Of a stretch of DNA of 64,000 nt, positions 19,110 to 31,049 are shown in pieces. The position numbers and the translations under genes are program-made. Position 1 is the stretch's first letter; every line of letters starts with the position of its first letter. Under the pieces are notes generated by a model. That model worked only from the letters and a program-made list of their open reading frames with translations. It searched no databases and was not told where the DNA came from. Source of the DNA: Folioceros fuciformis (lineage: Eukaryota); contig JBNGIO010006258.1 of the NCBI GenBank assembly GCA_049999805.1, forward strand, positions 178,486 to 242,485, read 5' to 3'.

Positions 19110-19945
19110 CACTTCTGCTCATCCAGTTTCCTCTTGCGACACTCTCTCCAGAAGTGTCCTGGTTTTTTATAATAGGCACATTTTTGTGATTTCTTGTTGC
19201 TATTGCTGGATGACTAGTTGGGAGATGGACCAGCTCCAGATTCTTTGCCTGCAAACTTTCTAAACCGATTGCCCTTTTGCATGAACAGGGCACCATCTTG
19301 CCCTGTGGGGACACCAGATGAGGAGTTCATCTTTCTTGTGGTTTCATGTTGTAACATTGCCGACAAAACAGATGAGACCGTGAGGCCTACCCTGCTCTGC
19401 TGTGCTGTCACAAAAGCACCCCAGCTTTGGGGCAAGGCTGCCAGTAGTATTACTGCGGCCTGGGCTTCATCAACCACTGTCCCCTGATGTGCTAGACGGG
19501 CCTTGGACATACGAAAGGCCGTAGTGAAAGCATCAACGGTATCTGTTTCTTGCATTCTCAACTGGTAAAAGTTTTGAGTAGCAATAACCATAGATAATGT
19601 GTCTGTTGCTTGATATGCAGCTAGCAGACGATCCCAAGCTTCCTTCGCAAGAGTGATGCCATAAAGGTGGTGCATCGTTTCACTTGCAAGGCACTGCATT
19701 AGCAGTGTAAGGACCTTCTGATCTGTCTTATCCCACTCATTCATCGAACGGGTTTCCGCTGCGGTGGGAGCTTGGGCGTTTGCTGGTACAGGTCTAGTTG
19801 CTGACCCATCTACATGATCCATCCAGTCCTTGTCACGAAGAATAGATTTCACCCTCATGCTCCAGATTTCAAAATCTTTGCCTGTGAATCTATCTTTCTC
19901 CTTAAACTCAAACGTGAGATAATTGTTCACGGTGTTATGTGCCAT
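19110..19945 (-). pseudogene. Copia gag with degenerate zinc knuckle
   Basis: RFTGKDFEIWSMRVKSIL...W, AKEAWDRL, LLAALPQSWGAF; in-frame TAG at 19216-19214 followed by CAYYKKPGHFWREC (CCHC knuckle with the second Cys changed to Tyr). Confidence 0.88.
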
Positions 19946-20660
19946 GTTTTGATTCTGTCTTAGATCAGACTTTGGTTTCGGAAGAAGGGGATAAGGAACC
20001 TGTGGAGGTGCTGGAGGGTTCTTTTTCCTTCTTCTTGATGTTGACATACACCTATAGGGTCAGGTTTGTGTTCACGGGTGAACTGCTACTTGATCTAAAC
20101 TTGTTGAGTTCAGGTAAGGTGTCTCCCGTGCTTTGCGATATGTAGCTGTCTCTCTCAATACACTGCTGAAAGCATACTTGATTAACGCCGTGGTTGATGT
20201 TTTCACAGGCGCATTCCAGGTGATTAAGGAAAAGCTCAAGTCTTTCAATTCTACCAAGTGCAGCACGAAGGAGATACCCCTGATGCTGGGTAAGATTTAT
20301 CAAGTGATCAAGTCTTTCGTCCGTGTTTCTTAGCTATCTAAATTCTTCCACTAACCTTCTTGATGAATGTCGCTCTGCTTTGTGCAGGCGATTCGTTTTC
20401 CTGGCTTCACAGTTATAGTCTTTGTAGGTGGTCTCAGTTGAGGATCTGGAATAGCAGCAAGTTCGATCTACTAGGCCAGGAAGGCGTTTATCCTGGCGAT
20501 CCAAATTGCTGCTGCCGGATCAGTTTCGATCTCCTATAGAGCACTGTGGGGAGATTGTTCTCCTGGCTGATTGTTTAAGAATCCAGAAGAGTGATCTCTC
20601 CCTTTGTGGAGCCATCAGGCTCTCATAATGCATTGAGTTCCCGGCATCGTCGCCTTACAG

Positions 20661-20672
20661 GCTCTGATACCA
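20661..20672 (-). other. Primer-binding site (initiator tRNA-Met)
   Basis: TGGTATCAGAGC on the - strand, directly after the 5' LTR. Confidence 0.93.
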
Positions 20673-20873
20673 AGTGAGGCGAGAAGAATCTCACGAACTC
20701 GCTCAGCAGAAGTACACACGAAAGAAGAAGTCTATTATGCACAAAGCATTACAATATGTAGGCTTGATAAGCAGTTGTAGAAAGAAGTTAAATAACTGAC
20801 TAACCTGAATAACTAGCTACTATTCACACCTAGCTAGATAATAAGAAACACTTATAAACTATGTCCTTTCTCA
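20673..20873 (-). repeat. 5' LTR of the copia element (201 bp)
   Basis: Starts TGAGAAAGG on the - strand; pairs with 16146-16350. Confidence 0.95.
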
Positions 20874-20878
20874 TGGCA

Positions 20879-21425
20879 AACCTTGTCAACCTTAGCTAAC
20901 TCCAATTGAGATTTTGCTGCTAGTAGATCCTTCTCCTGAAGAACTTTCCAATCTCTAAATAAAAAACGGCCATCTCCCTATGACCTTAAGGACCACCCCT
21001 AGAGTGCCGAAGGCACCATCTAATGAGGAAAAGGAACAAAATCCAAGCATCCTCATCCCTTGGGTCCCGAAGGCAATCCAAAGGAAGACGATAAGCAAGG
21101 CAAATATATGCTATATATATATAGCAACGCATATAAATATATATATATAGGCGCCTAGGGAGGCGTCGGAAGAGGCAAGGACATGTAAAACGAGCATGGA
21201 AAAGAGCCAACAAGTGATCATATTGCCTTCGAAGCCACAACCAAGCCTCCAAGGCGGCCCTCGAGGATTTGTTGGAAGAGGATTGGTAGCTAGTTCAGAG
21301 GAAGAAGCAAGTTGCACTTGTGCCACCCAAGTGGTCATGTCAAAGTCCTTATGCTTGTGACTAATATGACACTTCACCCCCTTGACCTCGAAACAAAGTT
21401 AAGAACACACTAGGCAAAGGGTGTT
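20879..21425 (-). mobile_element. Decayed non-LTR retrotransposon (CRE/R2-like), 5' part with a C2H2 zinc finger
   Basis: CLVCS*LCFEVKGVKCHISHKH (C-x2-C-x12-H-x4-H), then RLPLDCLRDPRDEDAWILFLFLIRWCLRHSRGG; same strand and expected order relative to the RT relic on the other side of the copia. Contains a (TA)n tract at about 21104-21150. Confidence 0.65.
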
Positions 21426-21559
21426 CTTCACAGTTAAAGGCTAGGTATCACGCACCATATGATAGAGGCATGTAGAAAGTCTTGGAAAAAAATCAAAACC
21501 AAACAATTGTACTCCTCATTTTAATCCATAACCCTATAATGCCCTCCATATTCTCCACT

Positions 21560-21915
21560 ATATGCCGCTCAACCCTAAACCCATTTTGCTCCACAATGCT
21601 GATAAAACCTTAAACCCATTTTTCTCCATCATGTCGCTAAACCCTAAACCTATTCAACTTTTCCATGTCACTAAACCCTAAACCCTAAACCCATGTCGCT
21701 AAACCCTAAACCCATTCAGCTCTGCCATGCTGCTGAACCCTACACCAATTCTCCTCCACCATGCCCCTCTATTTTGTTGCTGTCATGGTGTTAAACTGTA
21801 AATCCCTATTGCTCTGCCATGCCACTAAACCCTAATCTCATTCTGCTCTACCATTTTGCTAATCCCCAATCTCATTCCGCTTTACTATGCCCCTAACCCT
21901 AAACCTTAATTGCTT
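21560..21915. repeat. Minisatellite (roughly 33-40 bp unit) built around plant-telomere-like AAACCCT motifs
   Basis: Recurrent atgtcgctaaaccctaaacccatt-like units; perfect run aaaccctaaaccctaaaccc near 21673-21692. Confidence 0.8.
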
Positions 21916-22156
21916 GCTCCATCATGTTCGTATACCATTTTTATCTATTATACCATTCCCACATATCTCTACACCACTTATACTATTTTCATATTGCTCC
22001 TCTAGTATACCATCGCATCGTCATTTCCCTTTGCCTCTCTTAAGCCCATGCTTTACAACACTTCTGCGTATATGACCACATTGTTGCTTCGTAGAGCATC
22101 ACACCATACCGCTCCACCATAATACACCACACCACCGAAATGCTTCACTTCAGCGT

Positions 22157-22372
22157 AGCACGTCACACTACCATAATACTCTACTCTTTCTATAGCACTC
22201 CTACGTATACCCCTATACTGCTCGACAGTAACACGCCACACCACCATAGCACTCTACTAACTCTATAACTCTCTTACATATACCCCTATATCACTCCACC
22301 GCAGCACGTCACACCCATCGTAGCGCTCCACTCACTCTATAGCACTCATACACATACGTGCACACTGCTCCA
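22157..22372. repeat. About three degenerate copies of a roughly 73-bp unit
   Basis: cacgtcacac..catagcactc..ctatagcactc..catatacccctata recurs near 22160, 22232 and 22304. Confidence 0.7.
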
Positions 22373-22419
22373 TTGACGAAGATGTTTGAAGCTTTTTTTT
22401 TTTTTTTCTCTTTCATTTC

Positions 22420-22740
22420 CCTAGAATAGAGAGATTGACTATATTATCCTTGGAAAATAAGAAAGAATTATGTTTATAGAGAGGCTTAAATTGTAGAATT
22501 AAAGATTGTCTATATACCTAGAATAAAGTAAAGGATTATGTTTTTAGAGAAGGCTTAAAGTGTGGAATTGAAAATTGCCTACATCCTTAGAATTAAAGAT
22601 CCATAGAATTAGAGTAAAGATGATTTCTAGAGAAGGCTTTAAGTGCACCTCTAGAATAAAGTAAAGCACTATGTTCCAGAGAAGCCTTAAAGATAGAGTA
22701 AAGGACTAGAGGAGGCTTAAATTATTTTTCGTAGAATAAA
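22420..22740. repeat. AT-rich degenerate tandem repeat
   Basis: Recurrent tagaataaagtaaag...tatgtt...agagaaggcttaaa segments. Confidence 0.65.
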
Positions 22741-23295
22741 ATTCAGATTATGGTAACTCATGTTATAAGGGGAAACAACTATTGAGCAAGCCTACTATGT
22801 ATAGAATAGAAAATCTTCGAATATGATATGAATGAAAAGATAGAATGAAACCAAACCCATGCTTTAAATCTGACAAAGGATATCGAAAGAAAACTTCATC
22901 CTCTTCAGGGGCATTAATGGTTCCACACAGCCTCACTCCCCAGAGGATGGAAGCCAACTTGCTTCCAATCCTTACTTTTGAACTTGCGCAGCGTGGCCAC
23001 TCTTGTTTCTTCGGCCGATAATAATATGTGCTTCCATATTTACCACAACAAAGATTTAATTGCCATTGATTCGTTCCCTTTATAAACTACCACCGTCCGG
23101 TTGAGCCAAAGGCCGAAGAGATAAGAATACCACAACAAATCCCACCAATGTTGTTGAAAGAGCAGTTTGTCCTTAGTTTCATCAAGGCCAAGAAGGGTGG
23201 TCTATTCCTTGATTAGGACATTGGTCTCCGAAAAGAGCCATGACTACCATTACCTGATCTAGTATTGTTCTCTCATTGCTATAAGAGAGCATCAC

Positions 23296-23583
23296 CAAGG
23301 ATTAGAGCATGAATTCATTCTAGGCTGGGTGGCCTCTACTGATGGCTTTCCCAAAAGACTAGAGTATGAAGTCATTTTTAGGTTGGGTAGTCTTTATCGA
23401 TGGCTTTTCCAAAAGACTAGAGTATGAAGTCATTTTTAGGTTGGGTGGTCTTTATCAATGGCTTTTCCAAAGGAGAAGAGCATGAAGTGATTTTTAGGTT
23501 GGGTGGCCTCTACCGATGCCTTTCCCAAAGGACTAGAGCATGAATTCATTTCTAGGTTGAGTGGCCTCTATTGATGGCTTACC
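23296..23583. repeat. 58-bp tandem repeat, 5 copies
   Basis: Unit caaaagactagagtatgaagtcatttttaggttgggtagtctttatcgatggcttttc starting at about 23296, 23352, 23410, 23468 and 23526; copies abut without spacers. Confidence 0.92.
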
Positions 23584-26188
23584 CTAATAGAGCACTACTC
23601 AATCGATGTTCTAGAAAAACAAAGAAGTGTCATAAACATAATGATTCGCTAAAGGAAGTGTTGCCTTCAAACTTGTAAAATGTTATGTAACACCTAATTA
23701 TTCATCTTGTCAATGAGGTTTTGGCTCATAAACCCGCGCACTATAGGTTGATATACACTGAGTGGTAAATGCAAGTTTTGAAAGCCCATGTGAGAAATTG
23801 TGCACGACTTGAAGGCAATATGGTCACTTTACAAAGTTATCATTCTTAGGTGCATTGTGCTTATGTAGTCTACGACATATAACATAGATTCCATTGTTAT
23901 GAGTCATGCCCATTTTACATGGAAGATAGGAAGAATTTACTACTTACATTTCTCGTAGATAAAGTCCATGTATTTTCCATCCCATGTCTTAAGTGTTTGC
24001 TTCACTAAGCGTACAAGCTTGTTAGCAAATTGGTGTATGTTGGTAACGAAATTCAATTTTTCATAAACACGGTGGATGCACTTGATAAGGTTGACCTATG
24101 TTGGGATACTTGCGGGATACTAGTGAGACCGCTATTAGATACCACCACCTATGTGCAAAACTTGAAAAGGTATTTAGTGTAGAGCAAACAAGGGTGGACC
24201 GTGTCGTCGAGGCGGAGGAGTGAACTTGGTGACTAAGAGGACCTAAAAGAGTTCATGCGTGACTCATATGAACTTGAGGGAGTTGCAATTGTGGGTGGAT
24301 TGCACCATTTAGGGTACGTAAGGAAGGAAAAAGTTTATTTCCTTCCAAATTAATCAGCAATAGTGCATTCCCCTTGTAAAAGAAATGAAACGTTCATGAT
24401 AATGGAAAAATGAGCACAACCAAAAGTCTCAACTATTGGCGTCACCGATAAGGACAAGGCCATTGAGACATGCTAAGATTGGATAGCCCCTTTGGAACAA
24501 GGCCATTGAGACATGCCAAGATTGGATAGCCCCTTTGCTTTCTTCTCGCATCGACTCGAGTGATGTTATTTTGCAAAGCATGCACCATAGTTCCTTGGCA
24601 AATTCATGTGAGGGTCAGTTAGCCCCTTTAAGGCATTGTCGTGTTGACTTAGCCCCTTGAAGGCATTATCCTGTTGATTGCAATTGTGTTGGTGGGGACA
24701 TGTTTATGTGTCTAGACATTGACATGGATGAATTAGACACTTTGCAAACCAAATTGGAAATGAGGTATCAGTGTCTATAGTGCTAGGTTTGTATATAGCA
24801 TGGGCAATTTGCTCGAGGAAATTTGAATGAAGGCTTGATGGTGTAGCAAATTCTCAAGGGACGCATCACGCAAGGAGAAGCACAAAAAATATAAGGACCA
24901 ATCTAAACCATATGGTGAGGTGCTAATTCTTTGGCATGTGAAACCAACATTGACTCATGGGATAGATTATAGGATTAAGCCCCCTACGATGTTCTTCCTC
25001 CACTCGTCACGACTCAACAAGTCGGGTATGGAACAACACCATGATTGGCCTCAAGGAAACCCTTGGGGTGGCCAACGTCTCCTCATGGCCTTGGCTATCC
25101 AATAAGCCACAAGGTGAAGTGACTCTAAACAATCCAGTTGTCTGTTCGTCACCAGGGAGGGTAATATGCATGCTCAAGTCAAACTCATGAGGATTGCATG
25201 CCTCTTTTGTAGCCATCTAAAGATGGTTCTAACATGATGGATTGGCAACACAAACTCCTTCCTAATGGTGTCCACCTCTTTGCAACAATGCTCTACCTTG
25301 TTCCATAAGTGCCTAACTAGTGACAAACCTTACCGACTAACCTTTCTAAATATCTAAGAGCGAGATACTATATATTCCAAGGCCCAAAGTTGACATAAAC
25401 CTTGCAAGAGTAAGCCTAACTCATCATCCATACAAGAGAGCTTAGTTGGGTAATAAATCTCCTCACCTTGGGATAGCTGCTAGCCATATCAACCGGAATA
25501 GCAGGGAGCAACCACTTTCGTCCAACGAGGGCCTCTGAGCGAGGATGCTATCCAAGGTTCATCGACCCTGCGCAACTACGAAAGTGTAATCTACGATAAA
25601 GTGAAGAACTATTAGCTTTCAGATAAAATAATAAAATACTTGATTTCAGGCGCGCCCCATGCTCTTTGTGAAATAAAATTGGTAAACGTTACGGTAGATC
25701 TAGATATGGTTTCGCAGACGGTGGACCGCGGTATGGGAAGATTTCCAGCAAGTAAGGAGAACTTTATGGATGGTCAATGCGCTGTCGTCGGTCTGCATTT
25801 TGCCCGGCTTTGCCATCGCTACTGGCAAGGTTCTGGAGGATGTTGGACACAGTGGCAGGAGGTATGTGATTGACCAAAGTCGAATTAGGGCAAGGCCTGT
25901 GGATGCCTCGCAGGGGGCGTGTGACGTGCGCGTGTGGGCACATGTGTTCACGACGGACTCCACTGCCTCCCTGAACGGCTTGCGCTCTCTATATGTGACG
26001 TCTTGGTCGATATACTTCTCGGCGGTCACACTTTGAGCCTCGTTGAGCCTCGCATCGCATCGTCTGGTTACTGCCTTTTGTCTGCCGGATTTCCTTTCCC
26101 GATTCCTCCTGCTCTTGCACATCGCGTACTTGCGGATTCCGCAGAGGACTGAGTGTCCAGGCATTCGGCCATACCCGGGAGCGGAGCG

Positions 26189-27715
26189 ATGGCGGTGGAA
26201 CGGCAGCTCGGAAGCTGCCTTCCGGCCCTAGCGGTGGCTGTTCTGCTGCTCCTGGCTGCCTCGTACGGGGAAGCTGGCCATGTGAAGAAGTATTTGGCTC
26301 CCGCTTTGCGCTTTGATTTCTACGACCAAAGCTGCCCGCAGCTCGGGAAGATTGTGGAGGAGACGATTGCGTATTACACCAGTTTGGATGACACCACTCC
26401 GTCTCCGCTCATGCGCCTGTTTTTTCACGATTGCTTCGTTCAGGTAGAGCCTAGTTCTGCGGTCGTCTCGGATCTGTGTTCTGTGGGTGGTTTGATGATG
26501 ACGAGTGTCGATCCGGCGGGGAGGTGTGAGCTATCGGTTAGTGATCGAGATTGGTGCGTTGGTGTGGCTGGCAGGGGTGCGATGCTTCGGTTTTGTTGAA
26601 CTCTACTAGAAAGAACAAAGCGGAGAAGGACGCAGACATCAATTTCAGTATTGGCAATTTCTTCGTTATTGATGACATCAAGGCGAAGCTTGAGAAAGTG
26701 TGTCCGGACACAGTCTCGTGTACAGACATTCTTGCTGCGGTTGCCGTCTACTCCATCAAGCAGGTGAGTGCCAGTTCGCGGCGCTGGTTCGGAACATGTT
26801 TGAATCAAAGGAGGGATCTTTGCAGAATAGGTACAGGATATCCTGATATTGTAAATTGATGCTAGGTACACTGTCCAGCAAGCTGACATGAACGTCTGAG
26901 CTTCGTGCTATGCTTGTAAGGTGATTTAATGCAAGTGTTCTTCTTCAGGCGGGAGGGCCGCTGTTCCCCATCGAATATGGCCGGCGCGATGCGCTTCTTT
27001 CATACGCGCAGAGTGCTGACACATTGTTGCCGGCTTTCCACCTCAATGTGTCTGGCTTGTTGGAAAATTTCGAGAACGTTGGGCTTGACCTGACGGATCT
27101 GGTGGCTCTCTCCGGTACCTGTTCTGACTCTCAAGTGGACCTGGTTATCTTTCTACGTACTCCTGTTACCAGAGAGGGATCAATTGGCGAGAAATGCTGA
27201 CGTTTCTCAAGACTGACAGTTTACGGACCGCTTCTGCAGGGGCGCACACCATTGGACAGGGTCACTGCTCCAGCGTGGCGGACAGGATTTATCCCAAGGT
27301 CGACTCGTCCTATCACGGAGGATTGGGGCAAGAGCTTCTGGCCAACTGCACCGACAATGGCGCCCTGACTAGTCCCGATTTCGACCCAGACGTGCAGTAT
27401 TTTCTGGATCAAGTGACGAGCCTTGTTTTTGACAATCAGTACTTCAAGAATTTGGAGTACGGGCTAGGCGTTCTCTCCTCCGACCACGTTCTCTTCACCG
27501 ATCCCAGGACCAGGAAGCTGGTGAAGCTGTTCGCGAAACGGCAGGATAAATTCTTCAAGCAGTTCGGGATCTCGTTACGGAAAATGGGCAAAATCAACGT
27601 GCTCACAGGCACTCAAGGCCAGATCAGGAAGCAGTGCTGGGTGAGGAATTCCAACAATCAGGACCCGGCGTTTGATCCCCTGTCTCTGGACTTCACCGAC
27701 TCCACGGATCCTTAA
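26189..27715 (+). CDS. Class III secretory plant peroxidase
   Basis: Exons 26189-26443, 26575-26763, 26949-27114, 27240-27715 (canonical 4-exon layout); signal peptide, FYDQSCP, RLFFHDCFVQGCDASVLL, VSCTDI, GRRD, LVALSGAHTIG, FDNQYFKNL, GQIRKQC. Confidence 0.97.
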
Positions 27716-28908
27716 ACTCGCACAGCCGGCCGGCTCTTTGCTGCAATTCCATTGTAATGTAATGTATGTATCTATTTTTATCAGCATGTAGCGGAGAGCA
27801 AAATCCGTCTCTGCAGGCTGCACGTGAGCCTCTTAATAGTATTCTATTATTGGGAGGAAAGCCTGCCAAGCAAGGCATCTACTCTTGAAGTGTGTCAGAC
27901 TCCGACCCCCCGCCACTGTTTGCAAGTTTTTGAAATCTCCGGATTTTTGTATGGCACTGTCTTCAGTGTGAGCGATGACGACGGAAAAGAAGAACGAGGA
28001 AAATGCGTGTGCTTTTACAATTGGCATCGAGCGCAAGCCTTTAGAGATTTCCTGGCACGTCGGAAACGAGCCTGTGTCAGGCCGTCAGGCTGTCTGAGAA
28101 TCCGTGTCTTATCCAGTAAGTCAGACAAAAAACAAAATTGTCCAGCTTCCGGCTCCGGGTTCCGCCTAGTGAAACATCACTTCTCTCATTATTTGTTTTC
28201 AAGTGATTTTCGGAGAGTTCCATATTACCCGCATTGATGGTTCTTCTTCTTGGAATATTACCACGGTATCTACTCAGTTGCGCGCAGCAAGACTTTTTGT
28301 GGCAGAAGGCATGTCGCCCATGACCCTAAGTAAAAAAAAGCATACCACTCACATTCTACCATCGCCACAAGAATCTGCCCCTGAAAGTCAGCTCTTCTCA
28401 AGAGACCATAGACGGCCCACTCCCAATACGTGTGAATGGTAGGCACCGCCGAGTTCCCATCGCTGAAACGATACTGCGCTTAATTCACGAAAATAATCCG
28501 TCCTTTAATAGAATTGAAGAGGATTTTGCTTTGCTGTAGCAGTTGGAGGCATGTCAAATCGGCGAGCTCCAGCCAGAGAGCTTGTCAGGCTGAGAAGGGC
28601 AAGCGGGAATAGGAGCCTTTGATACGTAGAAGATGGCGGGAAAGGAGATATCGGATCCACTAGAAAAAGAGGTACATATGACTCATGCACGAGCTCGTAC
28701 ATCGGTGGAATATACAAACAAGGTGTGAATGCTTGTTCAGTCCTTTGGGAGTGCTTTGATGTGGGAAACAAAGAAAGCCCACAGCCCATTTACTGTGACG
28801 AACCCCACACAAAGCTTAGCTTCTCAGCAGCATGGAAGCTGAAACTGAAGCTGGGGCTACTGTGATCACGTATGCACACATGTACACGCATTGGAGGGAT
28901 GTGGTTCG

Positions 28909-29868
28909 CTAGTTGAGCCAAGCAGCAATGCCTTGGAGAGTGGCCGCAGTGGTAGAAGGACTCAGGGTGTTCCCACCCAGTATGGTGTCCAACAGAGCGA
29001 ACACAATAGGTTCACTGGAAACTGTATGAACCGCCTCAACCCCATCCGCTTGCACCTGAGACACGACCTCGGTCACACATGTTACTTCACGGCATGGCCA
29101 AGTTACATGAGATATGAGCTCTGGCTGCAAGGAATCGCCCATACTTGTGTTACACAGGATGGGGAAAGTGATCATGAGTTGATACCTGGAGCTGGAGGAG
29201 GGAGGGACTGGGGAAGGAGTAGACTACGGTGGAGCCCAGTTGGGAGATGGGCTGGAAGAAGTGCACCAGCTCCTGAAGTGCTTTCTCTTCGGCCTCGCCC
29301 AGCTTGACTTCCTTCACCAGCCTGTCCCTGATGGAGGCCTCTATTTGGCTTCCGTACTGAGGACCCGGCGCGGGGCCCAGAAGCAGTAGCACCTTCACCA
29401 ACTTCTCCACGGGCGCTGTAAAGCATTGAATTCGTCAAACGGCTCGTCAGCTCGTATGACAAATGATGCGGGAGGGGTCGATGGTAAGGTGCCCCGGCCG
29501 GTACCTTTGATTAATGCGGTGAAGACGGCATTATCCCTTCTCAGATCGGCCACAGACTTGCCTTTCCAGGCTTGGAGGTGAGAGGTCACCTCCTTCTCTA
29601 TGTAGACGGCCAGCTGGGCCACCTTGAGCTGCTGTCCCTCGACGCTCTTCTCTTCCACACCTGCAAGCAACATCATTGCCCAGATGAAGATGTTTCGCAT
29701 ACGAAAAAACACGGAATGTCTGCGAACAGAAGAGTAGATTGGAGTGCAAAACTTGGCCAGATCAACAGGGCCTCAGAATTGTTGAGAACTAGTACCGTGG
29801 CCGGCGAGGTGGAGGGTCTTGGAGCTGGGTGCAACGATGGTTGGCTGAAGCTCGCCGGTCTGAGCCAT
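28909..29868 (-). CDS. Chalcone-isomerase-fold protein, CHIL (type IV)-like
   Basis: Exons 29868-29796, 29660-29505, 29415-29186, 29055-28909; motifs LHLAGHGV, VYIEKEVTSHLQAWKGKS, APVEK, GPQYGSQIEASIRDRL, EEKALQELVHFFQ, LGGNTLSPST. Confidence 0.85.
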
Positions 29869-31049
29869 CACAATTTTCTGTTTGGAGACAGGCAAAATGC
29901 ATATCAAATCTGCCTGCAGGCACTTTCACATTCCAATCTCAAACGACCACAAATTACACCAATCCCATATCCAGCTGTACATACCGGATTGGAAACGAGG
30001 GTAGCAGAAGCAGAGCAATGCGAGAGGGTAGGGGTGGAGCTGACTGATGTCGAGGAGGCCTGGAGCCTGGAATGTGGAGAGATTTGATGAACTACAGAGG
30101 GGATTGTTCTGTCGTGAGACTCGACAAGCCCGAAATTTATTGATCACACCGGCTGTTGAGTCCGCGATATCTAGTCAGCAGAGCCCTCACTTATTTCTCA
30201 TGACTGCAAGACCGCGAAAGTGCAAGGAAAGCGATGCCAGGCGAGTCGACCCATTGGGCACTTGCCATCTCATCGATTCCGACGAGTCCAGAATGTGGCA
30301 GTCACTCTCATTGGCTCTTCACATCTCACAACTTCTAGTTCCTTCTTGGCGTGGTTCACCTAACATCGTCGACCTGGCAGCGTAGAATCTTTCTTGCTTG
30401 CAGGATTTTCGGTCTTTCATCGGCGGATGGCAAACTCGGCATGTCCGTAGATGGTGCGGACGCAACCCAGTTGTTTGTGAGCTCCAAGACCTGCGATACA
30501 AATCACTTTGTGTATCACTGTCACGCATGTCCTACTACCATTCCTGCTGATTGTGGGTCACCAAAGCCCAATTTACCAGCTGCAAATTCTTGAGCCCCCA
30601 CAAGAATTGATCGGTAGCAGGACCTTTAAAAGCTCGGCAAAGATTCCAATGAATCAGGGCATGGCCTGGAATGATTCACGAGGACACACATGCATCACTG
30701 GAAGTCGATCAAAAACTGCAGACAAAAACTCAATGCCTCCTATATCTGCACATTTCACATCCGCGAAAATGCCAGTCTGGTGTACTTGAAGGACGCATAT
30801 TGTGCGGTTCAGATCTTAGTTTAGTGTATTGCTGGGAAGCTCATGCTGTCTTGGGGCTTGCTCTGCTGCCCTCTGAGCTTTCATGGCTTGCTGTGGGGAG
30901 TTTGGTCTCCACGGCTTGGAAATGACCCTTGGATTCTGATTGAAGAGATCCAAGATATCCCCCGCAACTTGGAATGTTGCAAAACGTGGAGAACTGAAAT
31001 GGGCACGTTAGCAGTGAACGAAGTCAGCACGAACACAAAGGATGGAAAG

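Larger units (their letters stand above)
16146..20873 (-). mobile_element. Ty1/copia LTR retrotransposon, internally deleted and non-autonomous (4.73 kb)
   Basis: LTR pair, 5-bp target-site duplication TGGCA (16141-16145 and 20874-20878), tRNA-Met PBS, PPT, and domain order gag-(IN remnant)-RT-RNaseH. Confidence 0.96.

Noticed and set aside
23296-23583. CRISPR-like appearance of the 58-bp array
   Set aside because: Copies abut with no unique spacers, the context is eukaryotic, and there are no cas genes.
23600-25600. Possible additional TE relics and small duplications (43 bp x2 near 24455, 30 bp x2 near 24618)
   Set aside because: No termini, TSD or protein motif I can defend.
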